Positions 17,652-27,013 of a stretch of 36,160 nucleotides of DNA are shown here, piece by piece. The notes below the pieces were generated by a model. The model had not been told where the DNA came from. It did not search any database and saw only the letters and a program-made list of their open reading frames with translations. The stretch comes from Myxococcota bacterium (lineage in GTDB: Bacteria > Myxococcota_C > UBA6777): NCBI GenBank assembly GCA_023150835.1, contig JAKLKB010000092.1:1-36160 (forward strand), written 5' to 3'. Every line of letters starts with the position of its first letter. Positions within the stretch are counted from its first letter, which is position 1. Made by a program: the position numbers and the translations under genes.

Positions 17652-18629
17652 TTGCTGATCGATCTTCATGTTCAATCATCGCTTTCACAAACAGGAACCC
17701 TTGATCCCGAAGAGATCCTGTTGCGCGCCAAACAAATGGGCCTCGATGGTGTCGTCTTTACCGAAGATCAGCCCCACACCAGTTGGCGCGATATCAAAGA
17801 TGCCGCCGCTGACCACGGGATATCCGCCTTCTTTGGACTCAAACTCGCCACCCAAAAAGGCTACTTCTTGCTCTTTCTTCCCGACGCCAAACTCGTTGAA
17901 CCCAAAGCCTTGTTTCCGACATGGCACGATGAAAAAGATCCCTTCACCCTCAAAGAAGTCCAAGCCATCGCCCGCCGTGTCGGTGGAATCATCGCAGCAG
18001 CCCATCCTTACCATCTGCGCGTTCCCTTGCCCTCGGGTGATCGCATCTTCCAAGTTCGCGGACTCCAAGCCGTCGAAGTCCAAAACGGCTCCTGCTCCGC
18101 CCTGATCAACGACTTTGCCCTCGAAGCCGCCACCCTTCTTCGTATCCCCGGAATTGGCGGCAGCGGCACACGCGAAAGCCTCGAACAACTCGGCAAAAGC
18201 GCCACCCTCTTCTTGACCGAACCCTCCGACGAGGCCGAATTCATCGCTGCGTTCCGACCCGGCAACCTTTGGCCTATCCAATTCACCACCCAACCCACCC
18301 TCCGCAGCTTTGACCGCGACGAGCGCGATGAGCGTGGAGGCCGTGACGAGCGCGGCGGTCGTGGAGGCCGTGATGAGCGCGGCGGTCGTGGAGGCCGTGA
18401 CGAGCGTGGAGGCCGTGACGAGCGTGGAGGCCGTGACGAGCGTGGAGGCCGTGACGAGCGTGGAGGTCGTGGAGGCCGTGATGAGCGTGGGGGACGCGAT
18501 GAACGCGGGGGGCGCGATGAACGCGGGGGTCGTGGGGGGCGTGAGGGAGGGCGTGATGATCGTGGCGGTCGTGGGGGACGCGATGATCGTGGTGGACGCG
18601 GGGGCCGTGATTTCCGCTCCTCCCGCTGA
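17652..18629 (+). CDS. PHP-domain protein (degenerate) with C-terminal RGG-rich tail
   Basis: MLIDLHVQS, GLDGVVFTED, GGIIAAAHPY, AVEVQNG and GIGGSG motifs. The tail is (GGRDER/GGR)n at 18312-18612. AAAGGA RBS. Confidence 0.85.
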   Translation: MLIDLHVQSSLSQTGTLDPEEILLRAKQMGLDGVVFTEDQPHTSWRDIKDAAADHGISAFFGLKLATQKGYFLLFLPDAKLVEPKALFPTWHDEKDPFTLKEVQAIARRVGGIIAAAHPYHLRVPLPSGDRIFQVRGLQAVEVQNGSCSALINDFALEAATLLRIPGIGGSGTRESLEQLGKSATLFLTEPSDEAEFIAAFRPGNLWPIQFTTQPTLRSFDRDERDERGGRDERGGRGGRDERGGRGGRDERGGRDERGGRDERGGRDERGGRGGRDERGGRDERGGRDERGGRGGREGGRDDRGGRGGRDDRGGRGGRDFRSSR

Positions 18630-18865
18630 TGATGTCGCCCCGAACCATCGCGATTTGATGACCGTCACTCCCTCTGCTCACGAACTCCAAAAGAAGTGTA
18701 CTCGTAGCGTGGTGGTGCTCCGCTGTAGCGGTCCTGCCTTCGGGCAGCCACATCCGACCGCCCCGAGATGTTTCGCCTTTCTTTTTCCGTCGCAAACATT
18801 AAGGTGCAAACCAGAGTCTTTGATGGACTCACCAAAAACCACTTTGACGGACGAGGAGCCTTCGT

Positions 18866-19339
18866 ATGCAACCACACATCACAGAACGAGATTATGCGGT
18901 GCTTCGCGCAATGGGCTTCCCGTTGGCTACGGATTTTGAGGAGAGAAATCCATCACCGTACGACGTGATGGATGCTGTTTTTCGCGTATTGCGTTCCCCG
19001 ATCGCACGGTTGGTAGAGGCAGCGGCCCACGCCTTGGGAGAATTGGCAGGCAACGTAGACAGCAACGTACTGGTTCTCCCTCGGGACGAAAAAACGCTGC
19101 GCCGTTTGGGATTTGTATTGGACAGCCTCGCGCAACACCACGCCTCATCGGCAAACAAATCCGCACAATTGGCACAATGGGCACGCGAAGTAGAGAATCA
19201 TCTCCCTTCCCTTGGTGATGTTGAACCTCTGACGCTGACGAGCATCACAACAGCAGGGCGGCTACGCCGCCTCATTGAAAACGCAAGCAATGTGAACAAA
19301 AAATGGCATGTCTACGGTGTTTTAGAGCTAAGATTGTAA
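18866..19339 (+). CDS. Hypothetical protein, putative antitoxin partner of the downstream nucleotidyltransferase
   Basis: GAGGAG RBS. Helical protein with LRRLGFVLD and a terminal KKWHV motif reminiscent of AbiEi-type C-terminal domains. Confidence 0.65.
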   Translation: MQPHITERDYAVLRAMGFPLATDFEERNPSPYDVMDAVFRVLRSPIARLVEAAAHALGELAGNVDSNVLVLPRDEKTLRRLGFVLDSLAQHHASSANKSAQLAQWAREVENHLPSLGDVEPLTLTSITTAGRLRRLIENASNVNKKWHVYGVLELRL

Positions 19340-19393
19340 CGTTCTCATCGCAGAGAATTTGGCGCAGCCGCACAGGTCTTGTAGGTTTTTGCC

Positions 19394-19996
19394 ATGCCCC
19401 TTTTGCATACCCCCCAAACCCTCCTCACAAGAGACGCCAAAAGAATTCAGCGGTTTTTGATCGCAGTAGAACGCGAACTGCTTTCTCGCCACGACGCTGA
19501 TTTCCTCGCAAGCCAGAACCTGAAAGTAGTTGTGTATGGTTCTTGTGCCGTGTCTCTCTACCTCGGCGACGAAGCGGGAGAGAGCGACGTTTCCATGACA
19601 GACGACATCGATATCGCAGTAAGTTCTGGCGCAAAGCTTTTGCAAGAATGCTCTCCACAGATATCTCCGCCGCTTGAGATCAGGCAAAGCCAAGTCGAAA
19701 ATTGGCTCATCCACCCCGACTGGGAGGATAGAATCTTCGACGCAACTAGTTTACTCGGTTTGTCTTTCTTCCACGTCTTTCTTCTCCATCCGCTCGACCT
19801 TATCCTCACAAAGCTTGGGAGGTACTCTGAACGGGACGCTGAAGACTGTATCCGCTTGAATTCAAGATACATCAACGATTTTTCTTTCTTTCTCGCGATC
19901 TTAGATGAGGCTTTGGATTTCTTTGTCGAACACGCACCAAAGAAGGACGCCATCCGAAAGTACGCTCTTTTGGATCTATACAACGAAGCTCCGTGA
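19394..19996 (+). CDS. DUF6036/AbiEii-like nucleotidyltransferase
   Basis: VVVYGSCAVSLY...TDDIDI (Pol-beta NTase motifs) and C-terminal DLILTKLGRYSERDAED. Confidence 0.75.
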   Translation: MPLLHTPQTLLTRDAKRIQRFLIAVERELLSRHDADFLASQNLKVVVYGSCAVSLYLGDEAGESDVSMTDDIDIAVSSGAKLLQECSPQISPPLEIRQSQVENWLIHPDWEDRIFDATSLLGLSFFHVFLLHPLDLILTKLGRYSERDAEDCIRLNSRYINDFSFFLAILDEALDFFVEHAPKKDAIRKYALLDLYNEAP

Positions 19997-20223
19997 ACGC
20001 TTCCTCTGGGCGTAGCGCGTACGAACTCCGAAAAAAATGGCTCGACACGTCACAGCGATCCACTGTGACCGCCCTGTTCTCGGGCAGCCAAACCCCACTA
20101 CCCTCACCTCACGAATCACCCACCCTCAAGATACCCTAGAAGCTGTTGCGTTGTGGCGCATTTCGGGCTACAAACAACCCCACGCTGAAGAAACACCACA
20201 GAAAGAACTTTGGAGGAAGAAAA

Positions 20224-23200
20224 ATGCGTGAACAACGGCCCAACGGGCTTCGATGGATGGTAGGGTTGTGTGGGCTGTTGATGGGCTGGCCGACGGCGTG
20301 TGGGGGCGAACAGGCCGAATGCAAGGACGGGATCCAAGTCAGCGAGTACAACACCAGCGGCCTCAAGTGTACAAAGCCTTGTGATTGCAGCAACCTCAAG
20401 TTTGAAGGCTACTGCATCAGCGGCACTTGTGTTTCCAATCCCCGCAATCCTGCCCAACGCAAGGGCGAGATCCGCTCCTGCAAGCTCTTGCAAAAAGTCG
20501 GAACCTGTGCGTGGGGACAACAAGAAGCCCAACCTGCCCCGCTCACGGAGCTTGTGTGGGGCGACTGCAAAGCCGAACAAGTCGGCCCGAACTTTCCCGA
20601 AGACACCAAAGAACGCTGTTTGGATGGCGTCGACAATGATTGCGACGGTCTAACCGATCTCGATGACTCCAAATGCAACGCCTATTGTGTGCCCAAACAA
20701 ACCACGGCCTGCTACACCGCAGACCCCAAGACCCTCCACGTCGGCCCTTGTCGACCGGGCCTTAAGACCTGCAAAGAAGACAATACGTGGGGTCCATGCG
20801 TTGGCGAGAAAGTCCCCGGCAAAGAGTTCTGCAACAACCAAGACGACGACTGCAACGGCCTGATCGACGACGGATTGGACGGATGCACCGCTCAATCCTG
20901 CCAAAATGACGAGCAGCGTGGTTGTTATCCCGAAGTGGTGGGCTGTGTACTCGAAACCATCGCTCAAGATATCGTGCGTTTTCGCTGTCAAGGCGCTTGC
21001 ATCGCGGGGATTCAGACTTGCCGCAACGGTTCGTGGGGGGCATGCGAAAAAAAGGTCGGACCCACCGCCGAGATCTGCGATGGGATCGACAACAACTGCG
21101 ATGGTGCGGTCGATGAAGGCTGCTTGTGCGAAGCAGGCAAACAGCAAGCCTGTTCTCTCGGCCCACAAAACAAAGCGGTCGGCGAGTGTGTCCTCGGAAA
21201 GCAGACGTGCGTCGGTGGAAAGTGGGGGGCATGTGAAGGCGCAAAAGCTCCAAGCATCGAGTATTGCAACAAACAAGACGACGATTGCGACGGTCAGATC
21301 GACAACCATTGCGTCTGCACGCAAGACAAAGATTGCGAACAGGGCTTGCTTTGCTTGTTGGGTTCTTGCCGCAAAAGGATCTGCCCGAGTGGACAGAGCG
21401 ATTGTGGCGAGACCTGCGCCGATCTCAACAGCAGTAGCGCGCATTGTGGGGCTTGCAACAATGCTTGCACAGAGGGGCGTGAATGCGTCAAAGGGGCTTG
21501 TCAATGCCCGAAGGGAGGGATGTTTTGCGAAGGGGCGTGTGTGGACGCACAGACTTCTGCGGCGCACTGTGGGGCTTGCGGGAAAGCCTGCGCTTCGCCG
21601 CGTACGTGCGAGCAAGGGATCTGTGTTTGCCCTGCGGCACAGAGCTTTTGTGGGGAAGGCTGCATAGCCACGAACACCTCGAACCAACATTGCGGAGCGT
21701 GCAACAATGCTTGCCTTGGGCCAAAGACGTGTGTAGGAGGCAAGTGTACTTGCCCAAGCGGGCAAGACGATTGTGGAAGCGGATGTATCGAACTGATCGA
21801 GAATACGCATTGCGGAGCGTGCAACAACGCCTGCCAAAACGGCCAAACCTGCCAAAACAGGCAATGTACTTGCCCAAGCGGAAAAACGGCGTGCGGAGGC
21901 GTGTGCATCGACACACAGACTTCTGCGGCGCACTGTGGGGCTTGTGGAAAGGCTTGTGGTGTCGGGCTTGTGTGCAAGGCAGGCCAATGCGAACAACCGC
22001 TGCTCCTCGCGGCAGGCAGCCGATATGCTTGTGCGGTGACGGATTGTAATGCCTTGACGTGTTGGGGCGCAAACGACAAGGGTCAGCTCGGCATCGCGGT
22101 ATCATGCCTTGCCTGCCCTCCAACCCCCGTGGCGCTGCCCTCTGGGCTGCGTCTCATTCAGGTGGCCGCAGGAGACGCTTTCACCTGCGCGCTTTTTTCC
22201 GATGGTAGCGTTCGCTGCTGGGGAGAGAACAGCTCCGGCCAACTCGGTTATGGTGACACCACAAACCACGCAACGCCTAAGGCCAACGCGATCAACTTGG
22301 GAGCGGGCCGCAGCGCCAAATCCATCGCAACGGGTTCATCCCATACCTGCGCGATCTTGGACGACGACAGCGTCAAATGTTGGGGAAACAACCAACGCGG
22401 ACAACTCGGAGAAGGCAACACCTCCCAACGCAATGCCCCTCCTGCCACCGCGATCAACTTGGGAGCGGGCCGCAGCGCCAAGTCCATTACAGCGGGCTTT
22501 CGACACACCTGCGCGATATTAGACGACAACAGCGTCAAGTGCTGGGGCGCCAACGATTTCGGGGCACTCGGCTACGGCGACACCACCCAACGCAACGCCC
22601 CCGATACCAACGTGATCAACTTGGGGACAGGTCGCAGCGCCAAGTCCATCGCAGTAGGTTATAGCCATACTTGCGCGATATTAGACGACAACAGCGTTAA
22701 GTGCTGGGGATACAACATCGACGGGCGACTCGGCTACGGCGATACCACAGACCGCAAAGCCCCCGACACCACCGTGATCAACTTGGGAACGGGCCGCAGC
22801 GCAAAGTCCATCCATGCGGGCTCATGGCACACTTGTGTGCTGCTGGACGATAACAGCGTCAAGTGTTGGGGAGCCAACTCCTTCGGGCAACTCGGCTACG
22901 GCGACACCACAAACCGCAAAGCCCCCGACGCCAACGCCGTAAATCTCGGAGCAGGCCGAACCGCCAAGGCTATCGTTGCTGGAGGGGCTTTTATATGCGC
23001 ACACCTCGATGATGGAACTCTCCGATGTTGGGGAGACAACGATATGGCACAAGTCGAGTACACCACACGGGTATATGCAACCCAACCAAGCACGCTGCCT
23101 TTGGTGCTTGGACAGATCCGCTGCGGGGGGACTTGTGCCGATGCCTTTGTGACAAGCCGTTGTGGGGCCTGTCAAACCGCCTGTCAAATCAACCAGATCT

Positions 23201-24348
23201 GCGCCAATGGCCGCTGTGTCTGGAGATATCAACAAGTCGCAGCGGGAAGTTCTCACACCTGCACGCTGTTTTCCGATGGTAGCGCTCGCTGCTGGGGAGG
23301 GAACTCGTCGGGCCAACTCGGTTATGGCGACACCACAAACCGCGCAACGCCTGATACGAAGGCGATCATCTTGGGGACAGGACGCAGCGCAAAGTCCATC
23401 ACTACGGGCTTTCATACGTGCGCACTCTTAGACAACAACAGCGTCAAATGTTGGGGAGATAACAATAACGGCCAACTCGGCTACGGCGACACCACAGACC
23501 GAAACGCTCCCGACGCGAACGCCATCAACTTGGGAACAGGCCGCAGCGCAAAGTCCACCGCTGTAGGTATAAATCACACGTGCGCGCTGTTGGACAACAG
23601 CAGCGTCAAGTGTTGGGGAGCCAACTCCTTCGGGCAACTCGGCTACGGCGACATCACAGACCGCAACGCCCCCGACACCAACGCCGTAAATCTCGGAGTA
23701 GGCCGCAGCGCAAAGTCCGTCGCTGCGGGGTCCCAGCATAGCTGCGCGATCTTAGACAACGACACCATCAAGTGCTGGGGAGCTAACTCCTTCGGGCAAC
23801 TCGGCTACGGCGACGCCACAAACCGCAACGCCCCAGACGCGAACGTGATCAACTTGGGAGCAGGCCGCAGCGCGAAATCTATCGCGGCTGGCGCGTACCA
23901 TTCCTGCGCTGTCTTGGACAACAACACCGTCAAGTGCTGGGGGTACAACAACAACGGTCGGCTCGGTTACGGCGACACCACAAACCGAAACGCTCCCGAC
24001 GCGAACGCGATCAGCTTGGGAGCAGGCCGCAGCGCAAAGTCCATCTTCGTAGGTACTGCCCATACATGCGCGATCTTGGACGACAGCAGTGTTAAATGCT
24101 GGGGAGACAACACCAAAGGCCAACTCGGCTACGGCGACACCACAAACCGCAACGCCCCAGGCGTGAACGCGATCAACTTGGGGACGGGCCGCAGCGCGAA
24201 GTCCCTCACAGCGGGTTCTAGCCATACCTGCGCGATCTTGGACGACGACAGCGTCAAATGTTGGGGAGGCGGCGATAGCAGCCAACTCGGATACGGCGAC
24301 AAAACAAGCCGCAACGCCCCAAGTATCGACGCACTTCGTTATCCTTGA
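20224..24348 (+). CDS. Large Cys-rich lipoprotein with DNDCDG metal-binding repeats, HCGAC repeats and two 7-bladed RCC1/BLIP-II propellers
   Basis: GGAGG RBS, a signal ending PTAC, four D.xDN/DDCDG motifs, five HCGACxxAC modules and 14 repeats of G..HTCA.LDDNSVKCWG.N..GQLGYGD. Confidence 0.9.
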   Translation: MREQRPNGLRWMVGLCGLLMGWPTACGGEQAECKDGIQVSEYNTSGLKCTKPCDCSNLKFEGYCISGTCVSNPRNPAQRKGEIRSCKLLQKVGTCAWGQQEAQPAPLTELVWGDCKAEQVGPNFPEDTKERCLDGVDNDCDGLTDLDDSKCNAYCVPKQTTACYTADPKTLHVGPCRPGLKTCKEDNTWGPCVGEKVPGKEFCNNQDDDCNGLIDDGLDGCTAQSCQNDEQRGCYPEVVGCVLETIAQDIVRFRCQGACIAGIQTCRNGSWGACEKKVGPTAEICDGIDNNCDGAVDEGCLCEAGKQQACSLGPQNKAVGECVLGKQTCVGGKWGACEGAKAPSIEYCNKQDDDCDGQIDNHCVCTQDKDCEQGLLCLLGSCRKRICPSGQSDCGETCADLNSSSAHCGACNNACTEGRECVKGACQCPKGGMFCEGACVDAQTSAAHCGACGKACASPRTCEQGICVCPAAQSFCGEGCIATNTSNQHCGACNNACLGPKTCVGGKCTCPSGQDDCGSGCIELIENTHCGACNNACQNGQTCQNRQCTCPSGKTACGGVCIDTQTSAAHCGACGKACGVGLVCKAGQCEQPLLLAAGSRYACAVTDCNALTCWGANDKGQLGIAVSCLACPPTPVALPSGLRLIQVAAGDAFTCALFSDGSVRCWGENSSGQLGYGDTTNHATPKANAINLGAGRSAKSIATGSSHTCAILDDDSVKCWGNNQRGQLGEGNTSQRNAPPATAINLGAGRSAKSITAGFRHTCAILDDNSVKCWGANDFGALGYGDTTQRNAPDTNVINLGTGRSAKSIAVGYSHTCAILDDNSVKCWGYNIDGRLGYGDTTDRKAPDTTVINLGTGRSAKSIHAGSWHTCVLLDDNSVKCWGANSFGQLGYGDTTNRKAPDANAVNLGAGRTAKAIVAGGAFICAHLDDGTLRCWGDNDMAQVEYTTRVYATQPSTLPLVLGQIRCGGTCADAFVTSRCGACQTACQINQICANGRCVWRYQQVAAGSSHTCTLFSDGSARCWGGNSSGQLGYGDTTNRATPDTKAIILGTGRSAKSITTGFHTCALLDNNSVKCWGDNNNGQLGYGDTTDRNAPDANAINLGTGRSAKSTAVGINHTCALLDNSSVKCWGANSFGQLGYGDITDRNAPDTNAVNLGVGRSAKSVAAGSQHSCAILDNDTIKCWGANSFGQLGYGDATNRNAPDANVINLGAGRSAKSIAAGAYHSCAVLDNNTVKCWGYNNNGRLGYGDTTNRNAPDANAISLGAGRSAKSIFVGTAHTCAILDDSSVKCWGDNTKGQLGYGDTTNRNAPGVNAINLGTGRSAKSLTAGSSHTCAILDDDSVKCWGGGDSSQLGYGDKTSRNAPSIDALRYP

Positions 24349-24406
24349 AAGGCAAAGGCAGCGAACAGTTCGATAGGGACGCAAGGATGAGAGTGCGGGA
24401 GAAGAG

Positions 24407-25450
24407 TTAGGACCGGGGGGAAGAGGAAGAGAGGCGCTTGGCGAGGGGGATCAGTAGAAGGGCAAGCAAGAGCAGCAAGACGGAGATCAGTTGGCCCCAT
24501 GTGAAGATATCGGGGCCTTCGGCAGATCGGACGAAGTCGACTTCAAAGAGGAAGCCGCGCACGATATCGCCGCGAAAGATCTCGATAAAAAACCGCACAA
24601 AGGCATAAAGGATCAGATAAGCGATCACGACTTGGCCGTGAAAGCGTTTGTTGTGGCGAATCCACAGCAAGACGAAAAAGATGGCGAGTGTTGCGAGCGC
24701 TTCGTAAAGCTGCGTGGGGTGGATGTGTCCCTTGAGTCCGACACTTGCGGGAAACGACACAGCCCACGGAAGATCCGTCGCTTTGCCATAACAGCACCCC
24801 GCCGAAAAACAGCCGATTCGCCCGAAGAATTGGCCCAAAGCCACCACAGGAACGACCGTATCCGCAAGCAAAAAGAAGCCGAGCTTTTGACTGCGAACAA
24901 ACAGAGCCGTTGCGATCAAACCGCCGATCAATCCGCCATGAAAGACCAAGCCACCTTCCCAGATACGAAACAGCTTGGCGTTGTAAAAGGGCGTGGTGGC
25001 CTTGAGGTTCGGCCAATACGTCGTATTCCACTCGGTGATGATAAACAGAACACGCGAACCCACCATCGAAGCGATCAACACCCAAAAAGCAAGGTCAAGG
25101 ACTTGATCGGGCGCAACGCCCACACGACGGCCCTCTCGGATCGTCAGCGCGATGCCAAAGATAAACCCCAGCGAGATCATCACACCATACGTATGCAGCT
25201 TGATCTCGCCCAGATACACGAGGCCCACAAGCGCCAACCCCGCCCCAAAGATCAAACTCGTGGTGGTGGTGATCCAGCCCGCTGTTCGGCGCTCTGTCGC
25301 ACGCTCAGGATCCGTGGCCCACAGATAGGCCACAAACGAGATCCCAAACAACACCGCCATCAGCTTCCATTGGGCAAACAGCCACGAACCCGGGCCAGCA
25401 AATCCCGACCAAGACGACGGCACTTTCCACTCAATTAAGATCTGGTACAT
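24407..25450 (-). CDS. lgt: Prolipoprotein diacylglyceryl transferase (canonical copy)
   Basis: LHTYG, WEGGLVFHGG, FGRIGCF.AGCCYG, HPTQLYE and RFFIEIFRGD are all intact. Start at MYQIL. Confidence 0.93.
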   Translation of the reverse strand: MYQILIEWKVPSSWSGFAGPGSWLFAQWKLMAVLFGISFVAYLWATDPERATERRTAGWITTTTSLIFGAGLALVGLVYLGEIKLHTYGVMISLGFIFGIALTIREGRRVGVAPDQVLDLAFWVLIASMVGSRVLFIITEWNTTYWPNLKATTPFYNAKLFRIWEGGLVFHGGLIGGLIATALFVRSQKLGFFLLADTVVPVVALGQFFGRIGCFSAGCCYGKATDLPWAVSFPASVGLKGHIHPTQLYEALATLAIFFVLLWIRHNKRFHGQVVIAYLILYAFVRFFIEIFRGDIVRGFLFEVDFVRSAEGPDIFTWGQLISVLLLLLALLLIPLAKRLSSSSPRS

Positions 25451-25503
25451 CGAAGCTCTTTCTTTTGGACCGATACGAAATCCGCCCCTTGTGTAAACGG
25501 AAG

Positions 25504-25548
25504 ATGTAGGGGCAGCCACAGGGGGCTGCCCAACAACAGGGCGTCTAC
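25504..25548. repeat. GTAG-type REP-like palindrome (family A)
   Basis: ATGTAGGGGCAGCCACAGGGGGCTGCCCAACAACAGGGCGTCTAC, lying between the two lgt genes. Confidence 0.65.
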
Positions 25549-25646
25549 AGCGGATCGCACCGACCCTTCAAGCACACTTTTCTCGGAGATCGTATGACAC
25601 CGTAAAAACAAAGGCGCAAAAGGCGCGGAGATTCGGGATGGAGGGC

Positions 25647-26702
25647 TTATTTCGCGCCTTCTTGGTTTTGGCGGGTGACAAACACCGCCAAGGCCAACAC
25701 AAAGAACACAGCCGCAGCAAGCTGGCTCCATGACAACAGATCCGCTCCTTGGGCAAGGGGCGTGATATCGCGCTGGAACGAAGCGATCAGACCGCGCCGT
25801 TCGTCGCCACGGAACATATCAAGGAAGAACGAAACCACGGGATAGATCAACAGATACCACACGAAGACTTGGCCGTGATAGCGCTTGGCACTGCGCACCC
25901 ACAGCAACACAAAGAACAAGGCCAAGACAGCGAGCGACTCGTACAGTTGCGTGGGATGCAAGCCAACCCCCGCAGGAAGCTCAGCAGGCAACAGCGGATG
26001 CCCGGGAAAAGAGACCTTCCATGCGGCGTTTGTGACTTTTCCAAAACCAAACCCCGCTGCAAAAGAACCCAACAGACCGAAGAATTGGCCAAGCGCCACC
26101 GAAGGGATGATGATATCCGCCATCTTCCAAAAGTCCACTTTGGAAAGTTTTGCAAAGGCAAGGCTAACCAAAAGAGCCGCCAGAAGGCCACCATAGAACA
26201 ACAAACCACCTTCCCACAGACGAAAGATCTTCCACTGATACCACACGGTTTGCGTACGGAAGTCCGAAGCAAATTCAGGCCAATGGATCGCAACAAAGAA
26301 CAGACGCGCCCCAATCATCGCCGCAAGCAACAACCAAAACGCTAGATCGAGGATACGTTCGGGATCTTCGCCGACACGACGGGCCTCACGCACCGCCAAG
26401 ATGATCCCCAACAAAAAGCCGATCGCCACCAACACCCCATAAGTATGCAGCTTAATGAAGTTGAGCCGCCCTGTCCCGATACCGCCCAAGATCGCCGCAA
26501 ATACCAACGCTGCAACGGTTCCCATCCATCCCAACGCACGACGGCCTCCCTTGGCCTCAGGAGCCAAGCCCCACCACGCCACGATGCCGCTCACCACAAG
26601 ACCCACAATCCACAACGAAAGCTTTTGGGCCATCCACTTGTCTGGCCCCCAGATCTTGAAAAAACTTGCGGGTAGTCGGTAATCCAACAAGATCGGATGC
26701 AT
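25647..26702 (-). CDS. lgt: Lgt paralogue with substituted catalytic residues
   Basis: MHPILL, LHTYG, WEGGLLFYGG, FGLLGSFAAGFGFG, HPTQLYE and SFFLDMFRGD. AGGAG RBS. Confidence 0.9.
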   Translation of the reverse strand: MHPILLDYRLPASFFKIWGPDKWMAQKLSLWIVGLVVSGIVAWWGLAPEAKGGRRALGWMGTVAALVFAAILGGIGTGRLNFIKLHTYGVLVAIGFLLGIILAVREARRVGEDPERILDLAFWLLLAAMIGARLFFVAIHWPEFASDFRTQTVWYQWKIFRLWEGGLLFYGGLLAALLVSLAFAKLSKVDFWKMADIIIPSVALGQFFGLLGSFAAGFGFGKVTNAAWKVSFPGHPLLPAELPAGVGLHPTQLYESLAVLALFFVLLWVRSAKRYHGQVFVWYLLIYPVVSFFLDMFRGDERRGLIASFQRDITPLAQGADLLSWSQLAAAVFFVLALAVFVTRQNQEGAK

Positions 26703-26815
26703 CTACACTCTCCTGTTCTGTTCTTGCTTCTACGTTCCTATCTATCCGTGTCCAAACAAAAGGACAAAACACACAAACCATCTTTTCATCTTGCCGGCTC
26801 GTCGGGTTGGTTTTT

Positions 26816-26864
26816 GCGGGGCGCTGCCCCACTCCCCGCAAGGGAACTTCGTCCCCTTGACCCC
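26816..26864 (+). repeat. Double-hairpin REP-like element (family B)
   Basis: GCGGGGCGCTGCCCCACTCCCCGCAAGGGAACTTCGTCCCCTTGACCCC. Confidence 0.8.
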
Positions 26865-27013
26865 GTGTCGGCGGGGTGATCAAGGGTGCTTCAAACCAAC
26901 CACTCTGCCGCTTGATCAGGCACCAACTCGGGGTTTTTCAACGAACCGCTGCTGTTTGCACACCAGCCAACCACAAAGAGAATCCTGATCAGGGATGTTT
27001 CTTCGAGGCCGTC

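Noticed and set aside
20650-21996. 448-aa minus-strand ORF and other long ORFs over Cys-rich genes (8466..9584, 8936..10123)
   Set aside because: Shadow frames of repetitive Cys-rich CDSs.
22000-24345. Diversity-generating retroelement acting on the RCC1 repeats
   Set aside because: No reverse transcriptase or non-coding template repeat is in the window, and differences between repeats are not restricted to adenines.
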